From Endomicrobiia bacterium (GTDB taxonomy: Bacteria > Elusimicrobiota > Endomicrobiia > DTEH01), in contig JANXCA010000002.1 of NCBI GenBank assembly GCA_025060535.1, forward strand, positions 1 through 62,923: a stretch of DNA of 62,923 bases. The letters are read 5' to 3'. This document shows, piece by piece, positions 56,332-62,923 of the stretch; position 1 is the first letter of the stretch, and each line of letters starts with the position of its first letter. Position numbers and translations under genes: made by a program. Under the pieces are notes generated by a model. That model had not been told where the DNA came from and did no database searches. It saw nothing but the letters and a program-made list of their open reading frames with translations.

Positions 56332-56469
56332 CTACGGAGTGAGTTTCCATCGTCCTTTTTTTCTTCTTCTTTTTATAACTCTTCTACCCCCAGGAGTTGA
56401 CATTCTTTTTAAAAACCCGTGAACTTTTTTTCTGTGTCTTACCGAAGGTTGATACGTCTGTTTTGTCAT
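56332..56469 (-). CDS. rpmH: 50S ribosomal protein L34
   Basis: Not in the ORF track. Hand translation from the ATG at 56469 gives [45 protein letters not shown] (45 aa, TAG stop at 56334..56332), preceded by AGGAG. Matches the L34 consensus (TYQPS..KR...HGF..RM.T..GR.V...RR.KGR..L). Confidence 0.9.
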   Translation of the reverse strand: MTKQTYQPSVRHRKKVHGFLKRMSTPGGRRVIKRRRKKGRWKLTP

Positions 56470-56498
56470 ACAATTCTCCTTATAAATAAGAATTTTTA

Positions 56499-56527
56499 AA
56501 TATACTCAAATTTTAATAAGTTGTCAA
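56499..56527 (-). promoter_or_regulatory. Candidate sigma70-type promoter of the rpmH-rnpA-yidD-yidC operon
   Basis: On the minus strand: consensus TTGACA (56527..56522), exactly 17-nt spacer, TATATT (56504..56499). Lies about 30 nt upstream of the rpmH ATG, with an AGGAG RBS. Confidence 0.45.
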
Positions 56528-56545
56528 TACAAAAAGAAACAAGGA

Positions 56546-57586
56546 TTATTTTTTGAAATTTTTTATTACTTCAAAAAACTTAGGATTTTCAAAAATACTA
56601 TATGCATTAAAAAAACATACACCACTTACTTGTGGAGCATCAGCACATAACTTAATCTGCTCAGCTAATTTTGTAGAAGTCATACCGTCACAATAAACTC
56701 CTATACCCATAATAAGCTTCACATTATATGAGGTATTACTTATTACCTGAAGATTTTCCATAAGATATTTTTTAAAAATTTTATTATCAGAAGTGTATGC
56801 CATGGGATAAACAACATCTAACCAGCCATTTTTTACCCATAAATCCCATTGTTGAGATATGTAATTCTTTTTAGAATTAGTAGGTGTTGCAAAAACAGCA
56901 CAAGAAAATTCTATATTTTTATTATAATTCTTAACAAGTTGATATGCTTCCTTAACAAAAGAACTTATTAAATCACATTTAAACTGATAAAAATCATTGT
57001 CATTTGGTTCTGGTGATTTTTTATACTGTTCTAAATAAAGGGAAACACTTTCGGGATTGTAACCTATATCTTTATAACCTTCATACCGAATTCTATCAAG
57101 TTGAATGCCATCAATTGGATAATTCTGTATAATTTCTTTTATTATATTAAGAATTCTTGTTCTCACTTCTTTTATAGCGGGAGAAGTCCATCTGGTTTTT
57201 TTACCATTTTTTCTTAACTCAGCATATTCTGGGTATTGATTTATGAAATCTTCTCCTTCCATAAATACATTTAAGTAGGCGTGTATTTTTAAATTATGCT
57301 TTTTTGCTTTTTTTATTACATATTCTAAAACATCCCACTCACAAGCCTGTTTCATATATGATGTTTTATAATATGCTAAACCATTATGGTCTTTTACAAG
57401 AAAAAAGACATCATCAATTTTAAGCTGAGAAAATTTCTCAAAATGCTCATCTATTTTTTCTTTAGTTGCTTTTTCATTTTTAACATCTAACCTATAAGCA
57501 TTATACCAAACAGCATATCTAAGCTCTGTGTAGAGTTGATAACTTTCAAAAATAAGAAAAACAATTATAATAATTAATTTTTTCAT
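56546..57586 (-). CDS. Glycoside-hydrolase-like GHL10 (DUF187/YngK-like) secreted protein
   Basis: Signal peptide. TIM-barrel-like pattern with HNLKIHAYLNVF and DGIQLDRIRYE, characteristic of the GHL10 family. Confidence 0.65.
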   Translation of the reverse strand: MKKLIIIIVFLIFESYQLYTELRYAVWYNAYRLDVKNEKATKEKIDEHFEKFSQLKIDDVFFLVKDHNGLAYYKTSYMKQACEWDVLEYVIKKAKKHNLKIHAYLNVFMEGEDFINQYPEYAELRKNGKKTRWTSPAIKEVRTRILNIIKEIIQNYPIDGIQLDRIRYEGYKDIGYNPESVSLYLEQYKKSPEPNDNDFYQFKCDLISSFVKEAYQLVKNYNKNIEFSCAVFATPTNSKKNYISQQWDLWVKNGWLDVVYPMAYTSDNKIFKKYLMENLQVISNTSYNVKLIMGIGVYCDGMTSTKLAEQIKLCADAPQVSGVCFFNAYSIFENPKFFEVIKNFKK

Positions 57587-57602
57587 AAATTTAAAAAAAA
57601 AA

Positions 57603-59102
57603 CTATTTATCTAAGATATCTTTTAAAAGCTGATGAGTAAGCTGTGGATTTGCTTTTCCTTTTGTTTTTTTCATTATCTGACCAATTAATGCAGAAATTG
57701 CTTGTATTTTCCCAGATTTATAATCATCAACAACTTTTTGATTTTCAGCAATTACTTCTTGAATAACTTTTTTCAACTCATCAATATCTGAAATTTGTGA
57801 AATACCTTTTTGTTGAACAATTTCTTTAGGTGATTTTTGTGTATACCATACTTCCTCTAAAACCTCTTTTAAAAGTTTTGAAGATAACACACCATCATAA
57901 TAAAGTTTAACTAACTCTGCAAGATATTCCTCTTTTATTTTATTTTTATCAAAAGTTAAACCTTCCTGATTTATTAATCCTAAAATCTCTGTAATTATAA
58001 GATTACTAATAGTTTTAGCTACTGATTTGAGATCTCCTTGAGTATAGCTTTGGCTGTAAATAGTCAGTACTCTTTCAAAATAATCAGCAATTACCTTTTC
58101 AGAAACCAATATATCTATATCAGAATCTGGTAGGTTATAAATATTTTTAAATCTTTTCTTTTTCTGCAAAGGAAGTTCTGGAAGGGATTTTTTTATTTCT
58201 TCTATAAATATTTCTTCAATCTCTAAGGGTAAAAGATCTGGTTCTGGAAAGTACCTATAGTCATGTGCTTCTTCCTTTGTCCTCATAGATTTAGTAACTC
58301 CCAACTCCTCACTCCACAAACGAGTTTCTTGAACTACTTTGTTTCCTGAAGTTAAGATTTTTCTTTGTCTTTCTATTTCATAAGTAAGTGCTTCTTTTAT
58401 TGCCTTAAAAGAATTCATATTTTTTATTTCTGTCTTTGTCCCTAATTTTAATTTTTCTCCCTCACAAGAATTCTCCACCTCAGCTATAGAAACATTGGCA
58501 TCTACTCTAAAAGTTCCTTTTTCTAAATCACAATCAGACACATCTATAAATCGCAAAATATCTCTTAAAGTCACCAAATAACTTATTGCTTCTTCTACTG
58601 AATATAAACAAGGCTGAGACACTATTTCCAAAAGAGGAGTACCTGCACGATTATAATCAATAAGTGAATAGTCAAGTTCTTCCTTGCCAATTGCGTGCAG
58701 AAGCTTTCCTGCATCTTCTTCTATATGAACTCTTTTTATATAGACTTTTTTATAGATCTTTTCAGAATCCTTTTTAAGTTCTATTTCAACAAAACCATCT
58801 GTGGCAAGAGGAGATTCATATTGAGATATCTGGTAATTTTTGGGAAGATCTGGGTAATAATAATTCTTTCTTGCAAAAACTGACTCATTATGAACTTTAC
58901 AGTTTAAAGCCAAAGCTGTCTTTACTGCTAATTCAACTGCTTTTTTATTTACAGTAGGCAAAACTCCTGGTTGTCCTGTGCAAATAGGACATATATTTTT
59001 GTTCGGCTCAACTCCAAATTCAACACTACAACTGCAAAACATCTTAGTTTTTGTTTTAAGTTGAACATGAACTTCAAGGCCTATAACAGGTAAACTATTC
59101 AT
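57603..59102 (-). CDS. gatB: Asp-tRNA(Asn)/Glu-tRNA(Gln) amidotransferase subunit B
   Basis: IGLEVHVQLKTKTKMFCSC, PGVLPV-like GQPGVLPTVN, C-terminal YqeY-like domain. Confidence 0.95.
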   Translation of the reverse strand: MNSLPVIGLEVHVQLKTKTKMFCSCSVEFGVEPNKNICPICTGQPGVLPTVNKKAVELAVKTALALNCKVHNESVFARKNYYYPDLPKNYQISQYESPLATDGFVEIELKKDSEKIYKKVYIKRVHIEEDAGKLLHAIGKEELDYSLIDYNRAGTPLLEIVSQPCLYSVEEAISYLVTLRDILRFIDVSDCDLEKGTFRVDANVSIAEVENSCEGEKLKLGTKTEIKNMNSFKAIKEALTYEIERQRKILTSGNKVVQETRLWSEELGVTKSMRTKEEAHDYRYFPEPDLLPLEIEEIFIEEIKKSLPELPLQKKKRFKNIYNLPDSDIDILVSEKVIADYFERVLTIYSQSYTQGDLKSVAKTISNLIITEILGLINQEGLTFDKNKIKEEYLAELVKLYYDGVLSSKLLKEVLEEVWYTQKSPKEIVQQKGISQISDIDELKKVIQEVIAENQKVVDDYKSGKIQAISALIGQIMKKTKGKANPQLTHQLLKDILDK

Positions 59103-59192
59103 AGTTTAAATAAAATTTCTTATCAACTAAAAACATTTTTACTTAAAATCTTATTATTATCACTCTAAGACTTTATTATTTATAAGTAAATA

Positions 59193-59498
59193 TTACTTCA
59201 AAATTAAAACTTTCTCTCCTATTTTTTTATATTTTAATTCTTTTCTTATATAATACTCTATAGTACTTGTATCGCTTTTTAAGAGATAAATTTCTGTTGT
59301 TAAATTTTTGTTTTCTCTTTCTAATTTCACAAGTTGGTCTTTTAATGTCTTATATTGTTTTTTTAAAATTATATATTTTATTAGAGAATTTGTCAAAAAA
59401 TATCCCAAAAGTATTAATATCAATAATAAAAAAAATTTAGATAAATTTATATCAGGAAGCTTTAACTCATATTTCGTTTTTTTAGTATACCTTCTCAC
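59193..59498 (-). CDS. ftsB: Septum formation initiator (FtsB/DivIC-like)
   Basis: 101 aa, with a single N-terminal TM then a coiled coil (LKDQLVKLERENKNLTTEIYLLK). Classic position just downstream of eno. Confidence 0.65.
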   Translation of the reverse strand: MRRYTKKTKYELKLPDINLSKFFLLLILILLGYFLTNSLIKYIILKKQYKTLKDQLVKLERENKNLTTEIYLLKSDTSTIEYYIRKELKYKKIGEKVLILK

Positions 59499-59505
59499 TT
59501 AAAGA

Positions 59506-60846
<1,341 letters not shown>

Positions 60847-60919
60847 TTAATATTAGAGTATTTTTTTATTTATATTTTTTTAATATTAAAGAAAAGCAAA
60901 AATATTAAAAAATTTTCAG

Positions 60920-62923
<2,004 letters not shown>

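Overview
This is an AT-rich, very compact bacterial chromosomal segment. I call 65 protein genes, of which 64 are on the minus strand. I also call one tRNA-Gln(UUG), and rpmH, which is too short for the ORF track and was found by hand. Summing the gaps between my calls gives about 1.3 kb of non-coding DNA, or about 2% of the window. Many neighbouring genes overlap by 4 nt (ATGA).

The content is mostly housekeeping:
- accA (partial), tsaD, ctp, gmk, hom, HU, rplM-rpsI, rsmD, pfk, glyQS, recO, mgtE
- the conserved phoH-pgpH-ybeY-corC block
- aspS and an LPS/heptose/lipid A cluster (hldD, gmhB, lpxK, lpxL, deacetylase, GT4, ArnT-like, O-antigen-ligase-like), which indicates a diderm organism
- trpDCF, dnaA, rsmA, mnmE, jag, yidC, yidD, rnpA, rpmH, gatB, ftsB, eno and gyrB (partial)

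I see no rRNA, CRISPR array, transposase, integrase, prophage or recognisable defence genes, and no intergenic gap exceeds about 160 bp. I therefore cannot point to a clear-cut novel system.

The items most worth a second look are:
1. A tight cassette of HD-GYP sensor, YjbQ, serine-palmitoyltransferase-like oxoamine synthase with a basic C-terminal tail, a large GNAT, and MoxR. This may be an amino-lipid or sphingoid module.
2. An orphan V-type ATPase B subunit embedded among unrelated genes.
3. A very divergent, archaeal-looking thymidylate-synthase-family gene.
4. A non-canonical dnaA locus. The rpmH operon runs co-directionally into dnaA, two perfect DnaA boxes abut the dnaA start codon, trpDCF sits where dnaN is expected, and gene orientation does not switch.
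5. A ferredoxin-fused EtfAB pair coupled to a C45 Ntn acyltransferase rather than a dehydrogenase.

All functional calls come from motif recognition by eye in the supplied translations. No database search was run.
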